Shown piece by piece: positions 46,384 through 54,282 of a stretch of DNA of 64,000 bases; position 1 is the stretch's first letter; every line of letters starts with the position of its first letter. A model generated the notes under the pieces. It was not told where the DNA came from, ran no database searches, and saw only the letters and a program-made list of their open reading frames with translations. Origin of the DNA: an uncultured Bacteroidia bacterium. GTDB taxonomy: Bacteria; Bacteroidota; Bacteroidia; NS11-12g; UBA955. Both the position numbers and the translations under genes were made by a program. The DNA lies in assembly GCA_938086785.1 (NCBI GenBank), contig CALKCM010000008.1, positions 71,500 to 135,499 of the forward strand, in the 5' to 3' direction.

Positions 46384-46389
46384 CTTTAA

Positions 46390-49300
46390 TTAATATAAAA
46401 TATAAACAACACCCACTTTCTGTCTCCAAGATTGTTTTATGGTTCTATACTTAAGTTGGTAGGTATAAACCCCCTCAGGGCAATTTTTCCCTTGAAAGGT
46501 TCCATTCCATGAGAATTTGAGGTCATCGCTTTTGAATACGATCTCACCCCAACGGTTGTATATCAGCAATTCTATTTCAGTAGGCCCATAAGTAACGATG
46601 TTAAAGGTTTCGTTCTTGTCATCCTTGTTTGGTGAGAAAACAGTAGGAGCGAATATAAGAATGGTGTCTTTATAACATATCGAACCAAAACTACTATCAA
46701 TACAACCCCCGTTATTTTCAATAACAAGTTTTATCGTATAATTACTTTTAGATCCATCATAGGTGTGTTTTGGATTATCTCCTGGTATATACGTCTCCGT
46801 ATTTCCATCGCCCCAATCCCAGGTTCCTTTGGTCCCACCAATACTTCCATCAAAAAGAAATAATTCCGGTTGAATGTTTGTTATACAAGGCAAGCTATTT
46901 GGAATATATGTAGTGAAATCAGCGCTTATGGCTTTGAATCCTGGTATATAAACATTGGTGTCCGAAGAGCATCCCGTAGCTTTATATGTTGCATTTAAAC
47001 GATAGGTATTCCCTGCATTTTCATAAATAGAATCCAGAAAACTTTTGGGGAATGTATTCCATTCAAAATTAAGTAGTGACGGATTTGGAAATTCTACTTT
47101 TGCCCATCCCTTTCTTCCAAAACAAACTGGAGCAGAGGTTTGAATATTAAAATAGGGCCTCGGATTGACTTTAATAGTCACCGTATCCTTAGCATCATTA
47201 CTGCAACCATCGCTGAGAGTTCCTGAGTACAATGTAGAAGAAAGAGGGTATACAAATGTTCCAGGGCCTGTTTGTCCGTTGCTCCATTTAACCTGATGAT
47301 CCGGAGGGTTTCCACCAGCTGTTGTAGATTTAAGCCAGACGATTTCACCCGGACAGATTTCATCAGTATCCAAGTCTATCACTATTTTAAGCGTATCCTT
47401 AACGGTTACATCTAAGTTCGCATAAGATGTACAGGTTTTCTCGATGTACTCGTATTGCAATTTGTGAGTTCCCGAACCTGCCAAATTTGGATTAAATGAA
47501 CTTCCTATAACACCAATCCCAGAAAAAGTGCCACCTATTTTTGAGGCTTCAAGGGGGAACGCCTGCGTCTTAAAACAATACTCATTTGGAGTATTGGTGA
47601 ATACAACAGATGGTTTTGCATCAACTTTTACTTTAAAGTTTGCTTCACAGCCAAAACTGTTGGTATACGTAATGGTATGGTTCCCAGCTCCTGCCGTACT
47701 TGGTCTAAATAAACCTTGCGTTTTATTTATAATTCCAGGGCCAGAAAAGCTGCCACCAGCTTCTTCCCTGTAGCAGGAGAAAACCGGAGCATTAATACAC
47801 ATAGAAGTATCAGACTGTACAATAGGCTTAGGCCTTACAAAGGCATAAAAAGTATCCGTACAGTCATTAATGTGGTAAACTAAGGCATGATATCCGTATC
47901 CCGCTGTTGAGGCCGTGAAAGTATCTTTTCCAGTAATTCCAGATCCTGTCCAAAACCCTCCACCAGTGGATGGGAATAATTTGGTGATAGCATAATTAAG
48001 AACAACCGGATTTTCTTCAAAGCAGACTTTTAACGTGTCGGTATGACTTACGCTTGTTTTTGTAACATAAACATAAGTTTGGTCCTTGCATTTTGATGAG
48101 CTTATTTCTAAAGTATCTCTATCAAAAGCATTGGTGCTATTTATATAGACGCTTGGGTCGTATTCGTTTCCAGTGGGGTTTGTAATTCCTTTTCCTTTGG
48201 TCCACGTATAGTTAGATGTTGGGATAAAACCGCTGAGTGTTTGAAGTCCTGCGCTTGGGCAGAAATAGGATACGGGTCCTGCATCAATTCCGAGAATGGT
48301 CAGGTATGTGGTGTCCTTGCATCCTCCTCCATTCCAAGTAATAAGCTTGGTTTGAGGCCCTCCCATTGCGCTGGGATTGTATCTGCCCCAATAGCTATTG
48401 GTTAGTCCAGGGAACCAAGATGGATAAATTCCTAAAGGTGAAAAAGTGAGGGTTTCACTGGTGCTATTCTCACAAGCAGTATCAAAACGAGGTACCGTTA
48501 TTTTGGTAATAACTTCAACATCTTTAGAGACGATACAACCGTTCCAATTGTAGGATAATTTATATATCCCTGCAGTGCTGTCTGGATCAAAGACTCCATT
48601 AGGAGTAGTTCTGAGTCCTGTAAAAACACCTCCTCTGGGGTAATACCACCAAAGGGCTCTGGCAGGAGTTCCTTGGCAAAACACATTGGGCAAGCTCCAT
48701 GCGCCTCTACTATTTACTTCTAAAGTATCTGCACATTTTCCTATCTGGTACCAGGCCTTTCGAACTCCTCTAAACGTTCTGGGGTTATATTCTCCTGTTG
48801 CGGGGTTCACAATTCCTGTACCACCCCAAGTTCCTCCTGGAGGACTGGCTTTAAGGAAGAAATTAGCACTGGCGTTGCAGACCATAGTATCATTTTGGGC
48901 CACGGGCGGACTTAGTACATTGACGGTAATCGTATCGGCACTTGGAATAGAAATTCCATCAGTAACTTTAAGAATATATGTTGTTTTAACATTTGGGCAT
49001 ACGGTATGGGGTCCCGCGCCTTTTATTATGGAAGGGGTCCAGGTGTAAATGTATTTTTTTGAATCTCCACCACTGACTGTTGCTATCAACTTAGTGCATG
49101 AACCTATGCAAAGCAGTGTATCGTCTAATGTCAGCTCAACGGATAGGGGACAGGTGAGTACATCAAAACGCACCAAGGAATTTCGAGTATAACTTTCACC
49201 ACAGAAATCCAACCAATTGGTGGTTAAATTAAAGGTATACCTTCCGTTTAAATTTACTGCGTTTATAAAGTTGACTGTGAAGGTTTTTGTATATCCCTTA

Positions 49301-49893
49301 ACACACCCTGTGGGAGTAATGCTAGCTATACCAAGATTCTTGGGTCCTGTTAAGCTTGCGTTTCCTAATAAAAAGGAATCACAATTAATGGCAACATTAC
49401 TGCGAATTTTAAACGATTTGTCTAAACATGCAACAGTACCTACACGAAAAAATCGTGGGGTAGGAGGTGGTATAATATCTGTACTTAAATCGGCTTCCCA
49501 ACCCGTACATGAAACACTTTTATCTGATTTGAAATGAAGGGTGATGCAACTGTCTGTACTTATAATTGTTCCTGGTCCATTTATTCCACTCCACCTTCCT
49601 AATACTGTAGAATTTGTGTCTTTCCCATCAAAAATACTAAGAATATCTTCATCTTTTTCAGTACAGAATGATGTGAATTTTAGCGTGAGATTTTTAGCTC
49701 CTGGGACGCATATAGTCATGACATGATTCTCATTATGAGCATAGTCACCTGTGGTTAATCCTTCTTCTGAATCTTTAACAGTAGCCTCACAAATTCTCAC
49801 TACTCCTGTATGCATGAGCACTTCAGGTATCTGACTTACTATTGGTTTCAGTCCAAAAACAAGTAAAAGTGATATGAGTATTTTTTTAGTCAC
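46390..49893 (-). CDS. Giant Cys-rich surface protein: CUB-like domain, repeated Ig-like modules, PKD domain, T9SS type-B (gliding motility-associated) C-terminal domain
   Basis: 1167 aa with signal peptide MTKKILISLLLVFGLKPIVSQ. Domain evidence is given in the sub-features. It is the last gene of the six-gene operon. Confidence 0.85.
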   Translation of the reverse strand: MTKKILISLLLVFGLKPIVSQIPEVLMHTGVVRICEATVKDSEEGLTTGDYAHNENHVMTICVPGAKNLTLKFTSFCTEKDEDILSIFDGKDTNSTVLGRWSGINGPGTIISTDSCITLHFKSDKSVSCTGWEADLSTDIIPPPTPRFFRVGTVACLDKSFKIRSNVAINCDSFLLGNASLTGPKNLGIASITPTGCVKGYTKTFTVNFINAVNLNGRYTFNLTTNWLDFCGESYTRNSLVRFDVLTCPLSVELTLDDTLLCIGSCTKLIATVSGGDSKKYIYTWTPSIIKGAGPHTVCPNVKTTYILKVTDGISIPSADTITVNVLSPPVAQNDTMVCNASANFFLKASPPGGTWGGTGIVNPATGEYNPRTFRGVRKAWYQIGKCADTLEVNSRGAWSLPNVFCQGTPARALWWYYPRGGVFTGLRTTPNGVFDPDSTAGIYKLSYNWNGCIVSKDVEVITKITVPRFDTACENSTSETLTFSPLGIYPSWFPGLTNSYWGRYNPSAMGGPQTKLITWNGGGCKDTTYLTILGIDAGPVSYFCPSAGLQTLSGFIPTSNYTWTKGKGITNPTGNEYDPSVYINSTNAFDRDTLEISSSKCKDQTYVYVTKTSVSHTDTLKVCFEENPVVLNYAITKLFPSTGGGFWTGSGITGKDTFTASTAGYGYHALVYHINDCTDTFYAFVRPKPIVQSDTSMCINAPVFSCYREEAGGSFSGPGIINKTQGLFRPSTAGAGNHTITYTNSFGCEANFKVKVDAKPSVVFTNTPNEYCFKTQAFPLEASKIGGTFSGIGVIGSSFNPNLAGSGTHKLQYEYIEKTCTSYANLDVTVKDTLKIVIDLDTDEICPGEIVWLKSTTAGGNPPDHQVKWSNGQTGPGTFVYPLSSTLYSGTLSDGCSNDAKDTVTIKVNPRPYFNIQTSAPVCFGRKGWAKVEFPNPSLLNFEWNTFPKSFLDSIYENAGNTYRLNATYKATGCSSDTNVYIPGFKAISADFTTYIPNSLPCITNIQPELFLFDGSIGGTKGTWDWGDGNTETYIPGDNPKHTYDGSKSNYTIKLVIENNGGCIDSSFGSICYKDTILIFAPTVFSPNKDDKNETFNIVTYGPTEIELLIYNRWGEIVFKSDDLKFSWNGTFQGKNCPEGVYTYQLKYRTIKQSWRQKVGVVYILY
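46393..46662 (-). other. T9SS type-B sorting domain (gliding motility-associated C-terminal domain)
   Basis: The last 90 aa read FAPTVFSPNKDDKNETFNIV...LLIYNRWGEIVFKS...SWNGTFQGKNCPEGVYTYQLKY. This fits the FTPNGDGxNDxF ... RWGxxVF ... WxG ... GxYxY pattern. Confidence 0.8.
46663..46929 (-). other. PKD domain
   Basis: FDGSIGGTKGTWDWGDGNTETYIPGDNPKHTYDGSKSNYTIKLVIEN fits the PKD pattern WDFGDG...H.Y...G.Y.V.L. Confidence 0.7.
49483..49806 (-). other. CUB-like domain
   Basis: Residues ~30-137: CEATV..GDYAHNENHVMTIC...LTLKFTSFCTEKDEDILSIFDG...VLGRWSG...ISTDSCITLHFKSDKSVSCTGWEA. This matches the CUB layout F..F.lE...D.l.i.DG ... l.F.SD.s....GF.a. Confidence 0.6.
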
Positions 49894-49895
49894 GT

Positions 49896-50336
49896 TTATT
49901 TTCGAATGGTAATCTCAGGAGTTCGAATACTATTGCTCCAATGACCTGCTCGATCTCTTATGCGAATATCATAGGCAGCTAATTCGGTGTTTCCTGTGCC
50001 AATAAGGAAGAGGCTTTTAAGTTCAATTTTTAACTGGCCCGAAATTTTAACATTTGCATTATCTGGGGCTAGAGGTGCTATAAAATAGTAATCGGGCTTA
50101 GGTAGCCTGCTATCTTTGATTTCCAATGATTTTTTATCTGGATCATTTTCCCCTAAATCTGCATCGCCATCGGTGTAATTAATGTAGAGATAAACGGAAT
50201 CATCAAATTCAGAAATAACTGTTTTTGTAAACCGATCAAACCCAATGCTTGGTATGGGGTCATTTGCTACTGTTTTCTTCTTACAAGAAACCGAGGATAT
50301 CATAAGTAGACAGAATATAATTCGGATCACTTTCAT
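49896..50336 (-). CDS. Small lipoprotein (hypothetical)
   Basis: 146 aa with lipobox LLMISSVSC and a possible Ca-binding-like YTDGDADLGENDPD. The gap to the upstream gene is 0 nt and to the downstream gene 2 nt. Confidence 0.6.
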   Translation of the reverse strand: MKVIRIIFCLLMISSVSCKKKTVANDPIPSIGFDRFTKTVISEFDDSVYLYINYTDGDADLGENDPDKKSLEIKDSRLPKPDYYFIAPLAPDNANVKISGQLKIELKSLFLIGTGNTELAAYDIRIRDRAGHWSNSIRTPEITIRK

Positions 50337-51269
50337 TTATTTTATCTTGATTGCAAAGTATTTTTTAAGAAAGAACATGCTATTTTCATTGGGTATATTG
50401 TAATTTAGGTTTACGCCGTCATCGCAACTCATTCTAAACCATATAACCTCTCCCGAAACATAACCAACGGTGTTAAAATTATAAGACCATTGGTGGTTAA
50501 CTGAACCCGTATATAAGCCCGGGAGGTTTTGGCCTGGGGACTTTGTTAACGGCTCAAACGTAGCTTGGCTATAATCATCAGGATTAATGGACCACATTAT
50601 TTTCATATTTGAAAGTTGGTCTTGACTTAATTTGTCGTCGGTTAAAGAGAACCACAAGGTTAGGTTGATATTTGCATCAACCAAAATAGGTTCATATTTG
50701 CCTCCTCTATTTTGCAATACTCCACCATTTCGGGCATTTACTCCCAATATTTGGGGTGGAAAATCAGCAGCGGTCCTTGTGTTTCCATCTAAGTCAGGAG
50801 CTCCTGCATTAATCCAATCTTTTATATTTTGGATATGTTTGTCCTTGTGGATGGGATAATCATTATCTGGATTAACGATCAATGGCATAATTCCAGAGTT
50901 TCCGCCTAAATCAACGGTCATTCTGTGGATTAACATGCTGGCATCAGCATTGCCTGGAACGACTCTATATTCAAAAGTTTGTAAGGGGTCTGGTTTAATA
51001 GGTGCCTGATTTATTAAGGTATTAAAACTACTTTCAGCTGTTCTGAAATCAGGTTCAAAGGTTCCATCATGGCAGCCGCTATTGGCACAGGTCTTAATAA
51101 AAATATTTTTGTGAATTCCTTCCAAGGAGGTGGCACTTGGCTCTGTTCCTCTAAAAGTATCAATGTCTCGGATAATGTTATCATAGGGGTTGTTTACCAC
51201 ACCTGTGGTTTTACTGCAAGAAATGATTGTTGTTGCAACAGCCGCAATAATAAAAAGTGCTTTTTTCAT
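50337..51269 (-). CDS. Lipoprotein with PSCyt1-like (planctomycete cytochrome c-like) segment and CX4CH motif
   Basis: 310 aa with lipobox VATTIISC. CANSGCH lies at nt 51069-51089. It is followed by RVVPGNADASMLIHRM...GIMPL...IQNIKDWINAGAPD. Confidence 0.6.
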   Translation of the reverse strand: MKKALFIIAAVATTIISCSKTTGVVNNPYDNIIRDIDTFRGTEPSATSLEGIHKNIFIKTCANSGCHDGTFEPDFRTAESSFNTLINQAPIKPDPLQTFEYRVVPGNADASMLIHRMTVDLGGNSGIMPLIVNPDNDYPIHKDKHIQNIKDWINAGAPDLDGNTRTAADFPPQILGVNARNGGVLQNRGGKYEPILVDANINLTLWFSLTDDKLSQDQLSNMKIMWSINPDDYSQATFEPLTKSPGQNLPGLYTGSVNHQWSYNFNTVGYVSGEVIWFRMSCDDGVNLNYNIPNENSMFFLKKYFAIKIK

Positions 51270-51275
51270 AATTGC

Positions 51276-52619
51276 TTAGATCCTTTCAAATAGTGATTTT
51301 CCCATGGGGTCTACGAGTCCCGCATTTTTAACATCGTCCCACACTCCAAAAATATCCGCAATAGTAGGAACAATATCAGTGAGTCTTCCAACAGGGTTGG
51401 CTTCGTTTCCAACAGACATCCCTTGCGGTACATTTTTTCCAACCATTAAGGACCAAACCCTTTGGGCGTTTCGATCGGAGTGATCAAAGGCATACCAATC
51501 ATTTTGATCTAATATTGGATTTGGATTAAGATTTCTTCCGCATTCTGGAGCAACTAACATAATTGTATTTCCAGCCATTTCTGGTATTTGAGTTTGTATA
51601 TAATTCCATAGCCAACCTGTTGCATGATCTGCGCGATGCAGATTTTTAAGGTAACCCGTGAAATTTGAATGGCAGGTGTCTACGCCGGTTAAATTAACCG
51701 TAAGAATTTTCGGTTTGAAATATTTAAGCACCTCCGCTCCATACGAAATATTAAATGCATCTCCACTTCCAACGGGAGGAGAGGCAATTTGCCCTGAACT
51801 TTGCTTGGCATATATGTATTTGATAAACTCTTTTATTCGGGTCTTATCTTCGTCTGTATTTGTAATGGTATTTATTTCATCTTGACCTAAACCAAAGGAC
51901 TTATCTAAGAAATTTTTCATGAAATACATGGGTCCTAATTCCTCTTGGCTGTATGTTTTGCTATTGCCTAAAACCTCTCTACCATAGGAACCAAATACAA
52001 CACCAGGAACAAACATATTTGCTCCATATTGCAACCCGTAATCTGGGTGATCGCTTGAATTTAGAAGGTTGTAACTATTGGTCAAAGAGCTACTAATCAT
52101 CCAACAATCTGTTGCAGAAAAGCCTGCATGTCTTCTTAAATATTCAAATATAGTAGGGTAGTTTGGTCTTACTTTTAACCCTTGTGCTGCGCTTCTATTT
52201 CCTGTCACTAAAACAGTTTGACCGGTATAATGGCCAGCACTTTGGGCAGCCACTTCTCTAAAGACTGTTCCCTGGCTTTCTAATGAGCTTCCTAAAAGTT
52301 GAGGGATCGGCACACTACCTGCGGTTCCGCCTCCAGCTGGATCCGTTCCATATACGATTTTTTTCGTTGGTGCTGGGCCGTCAAATAGATTGAACATAAC
52401 ATTTCCTGCGGCTCCAGAAACTCCTTGAGAATCCTCAAGGTATCGTTGTAGTATACTTTCTTGTTGACGAACTCCTCCAGCAAACATTACTAAAACAACG
52501 TGTTCTGCCTTGGGTACTCCTCCTCTGGCAAACAAGCTTCCTGATGGGAGTATGTAGGGCAAAGCTGCTCCTCCAGCCACCCCTAATCCTGCTTTTTGTA
52601 AAAATTCTTTTCTTCTCAT
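51276..52619 (-). CDS. DUF1501 family protein (sulfatase/alkaline phosphatase-like fold) with twin-arginine signal
   Basis: 447 aa. The Tat signal is MRRKEFLQKAGLGVAGGAALP. HVVLVMFAGGVRQQE and APECGRNLNPN...DHSDRN follow, a layout typical of DUF1501 as I recall it. Confidence 0.7.
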   Translation of the reverse strand: MRRKEFLQKAGLGVAGGAALPYILPSGSLFARGGVPKAEHVVLVMFAGGVRQQESILQRYLEDSQGVSGAAGNVMFNLFDGPAPTKKIVYGTDPAGGGTAGSVPIPQLLGSSLESQGTVFREVAAQSAGHYTGQTVLVTGNRSAAQGLKVRPNYPTIFEYLRRHAGFSATDCWMISSSLTNSYNLLNSSDHPDYGLQYGANMFVPGVVFGSYGREVLGNSKTYSQEELGPMYFMKNFLDKSFGLGQDEINTITNTDEDKTRIKEFIKYIYAKQSSGQIASPPVGSGDAFNISYGAEVLKYFKPKILTVNLTGVDTCHSNFTGYLKNLHRADHATGWLWNYIQTQIPEMAGNTIMLVAPECGRNLNPNPILDQNDWYAFDHSDRNAQRVWSLMVGKNVPQGMSVGNEANPVGRLTDIVPTIADIFGVWDDVKNAGLVDPMGKSLFERI

Positions 52620-52620
52620 C

Positions 52621-53118
52621 TTAGTAATATTGATACTCGTTACACACTGACATGGCTGTAAAAACCATTTCTACACTCACTTTGGCATTTCCTCCAATAT
52701 AATTTTTGAAAAACAACTTCTCGGCTTCATTGGGATATCTTAGAAAAAATTTCTTGTAGGAATTTTCAACAAAGGCATCTATATCATTTCGCATATCTGC
52801 ATCAGAAGGAATAATAACTTGCCCTGTATTAAAATAATTACTGAGTAACATTTCATTTGCTACAGACCTATCGCCAATACTCACCAAAACAGTTTGGGTT
52901 TTAAATAATTGATTAGGAGATATTGGTTTTTGATATAGGTTTGTATAGAGGATAGAAATGTATTCAGCCTCAGACTTATTTTTTATCTTACTTGTTCTTT
53001 CATCCTGAATTAATTGTTCAGCAACTCCAAACTCGGCGACCTTTTCTTTTTTACAGCCCAACGAAAGAGCCATAAATCCTAGAATTAAAATTTTATTTAA
53101 ATTGTGCATACTCATCAC
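52621..53118 (-). CDS. Lipoprotein with two DUF1549/DUF4214-like motif copies
   Basis: 165 aa with lipobox FMALSLGC. The motif copies are YISILYTNLYQKPISPNQL...LLSNYF and FVENSYKKFFLRYPNEAEKLF...VCNEYQYY. It overlaps the upstream gene by 26 nt. Confidence 0.6.
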   Translation of the reverse strand: MMSMHNLNKILILGFMALSLGCKKEKVAEFGVAEQLIQDERTSKIKNKSEAEYISILYTNLYQKPISPNQLFKTQTVLVSIGDRSVANEMLLSNYFNTGQVIIPSDADMRNDIDAFVENSYKKFFLRYPNEAEKLFFKNYIGGNAKVSVEMVFTAMSVCNEYQYY

Positions 53119-54010
53119 TTATACAAATTGGTAATTGTACATCCTGTAGTTGTTCACTTTGTCTGTACGTTTTATAAATATCAGCTACCTCACTCGTTCC
53201 GGCATCTCTTCTAAGAAGAATATAATACATCCAGCGAATTTGTGCTTCGTAGAACTCATTGGCTTTTGTTAGTACGGAGCAATACTCTGTTTTATTACTC
53301 GCCCAGCTATTGAAAAGTTTTGTAGGTACATTCTTGTCAATGATTTCGATGCCTTCTAAAAGCTCTGACCCACTTGGATTTCTATTTAATACGTCATCAT
53401 AGGAGGCATTTACAAAATTGAAACTATTCATATTAATCTGATCATAGATGTTATTATCGAGCATTGCTACACACATTGCACTATAATCAATTACACCTGT
53501 CCTAAGCCTATATTTACTCAAAGTAACTTTTCTAATTTTATTGATGGCATCAAGAGACTGAAAAACGCGGACGGAGTCTCCTTCAAGACGAGCTATTTTA
53601 AGAGAGAACGATAAGTTCCCTACAATTCTATTAAACTCGCCATCATCTGCACCATCTACAAAGCGTGCTTTACTTAAATTATAAATTCGCTCGTGCCAAG
53701 CATGCATATAGCTACTATCGCCCTCTCGATATTCAGTACTGTATTGCAGCGTTTTAATTAGATTTTTTCGAGTATTTGTATCTAAATCGTTATTGATTAG
53801 GGAATCTGTAAAAAGATTGCGTTCAACATTGGTAGCCTCCCTTCCCAGGAGGTCTATGTAAAGTCTATTTACATAATTCTCAACAATAATAGTTGGCACT
53901 CCGCTGTAATCAGGGGGAATGTTTCCATCTACTTTTACTTGATCTTGCTTTGTACAACTGGCAGCAGTTATTGCTGTCAGCAGTGTGATTCCAAAATAGA
54001 GTTTATTCAT
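53093..54010 (-). CDS. Lipoprotein with three DUF1549/DUF4214-like motif copies
   Basis: 305 aa with lipobox LTAITAASC. The motif copies are YVNRLYIDLLGREATNVERNLF...LQYSTEY, FVNASYDDVLNRNPSGSELL...ANEFYEA and WMYYILLRRDAGTSEVADIY...ISDEYAQF. Confidence 0.6.
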   Translation of the reverse strand: MNKLYFGITLLTAITAASCTKQDQVKVDGNIPPDYSGVPTIIVENYVNRLYIDLLGREATNVERNLFTDSLINNDLDTNTRKNLIKTLQYSTEYREGDSSYMHAWHERIYNLSKARFVDGADDGEFNRIVGNLSFSLKIARLEGDSVRVFQSLDAINKIRKVTLSKYRLRTGVIDYSAMCVAMLDNNIYDQINMNSFNFVNASYDDVLNRNPSGSELLEGIEIIDKNVPTKLFNSWASNKTEYCSVLTKANEFYEAQIRWMYYILLRRDAGTSEVADIYKTYRQSEQLQDVQLPICISDEYAQFK

Positions 54011-54227
54011 TCAGTTTTAACAATGGTGTTGATACCTACGTACAAAAGGTGTTCCTTTTAACCTATATCTAAGGTTTAAAGTTACAATAAAATACTTAAA
54101 ATATCAACTTTTATATACTCCTTCAAGTTTAAAATACTGTATATTAATACTTTGTGTTGTTATCTTTCGTTTAGATAAATGTTGATTTTTTTTGTCAAAT
54201 TATGTTGATTACCCGTTCTATATACAC

Positions 54228-54264
54228 AAAAAAAGGCGCCTTTTGGGAAAAGGCACCTTTTTGT
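54228..54264 (-). terminator. Rho-independent terminator after the tandem OMP genes
   Basis: 14-bp stem 54231-54244 / 54248-54261 (aaaaggcgcctttt / aaaaggcacctttt, one mismatch) with loop ggg. A/T runs lie on both sides. It is 19 nt past the stop at 54283. Confidence 0.65.
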
Positions 54265-54282
54265 ATTAAGTGAAACTTCTTT

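Noticed and set aside
48686-49048. 120-aa plus-strand ORF, plus 49217-49537, 47528-47773 and other small ORFs inside the giant adhesin gene.
   Set aside because: All are antisense or out of frame within a 3.5-kb ORF whose domains (CUB, PKD, CTD) are clearly read on the minus strand.
54179-54210. 9-bp direct repeat ATGTTGATT at 54179-54187 and 54202-54210 (23-bp spacing) upstream of the six-gene operon. TGTTGAT also occurs at 54017-54023.
   Set aside because: In a 272-bp AT-rich region, about one chance 9-mer repeat is expected by my rough estimate. It is not significant without conservation data and is worth checking only if orthologous leaders keep it.
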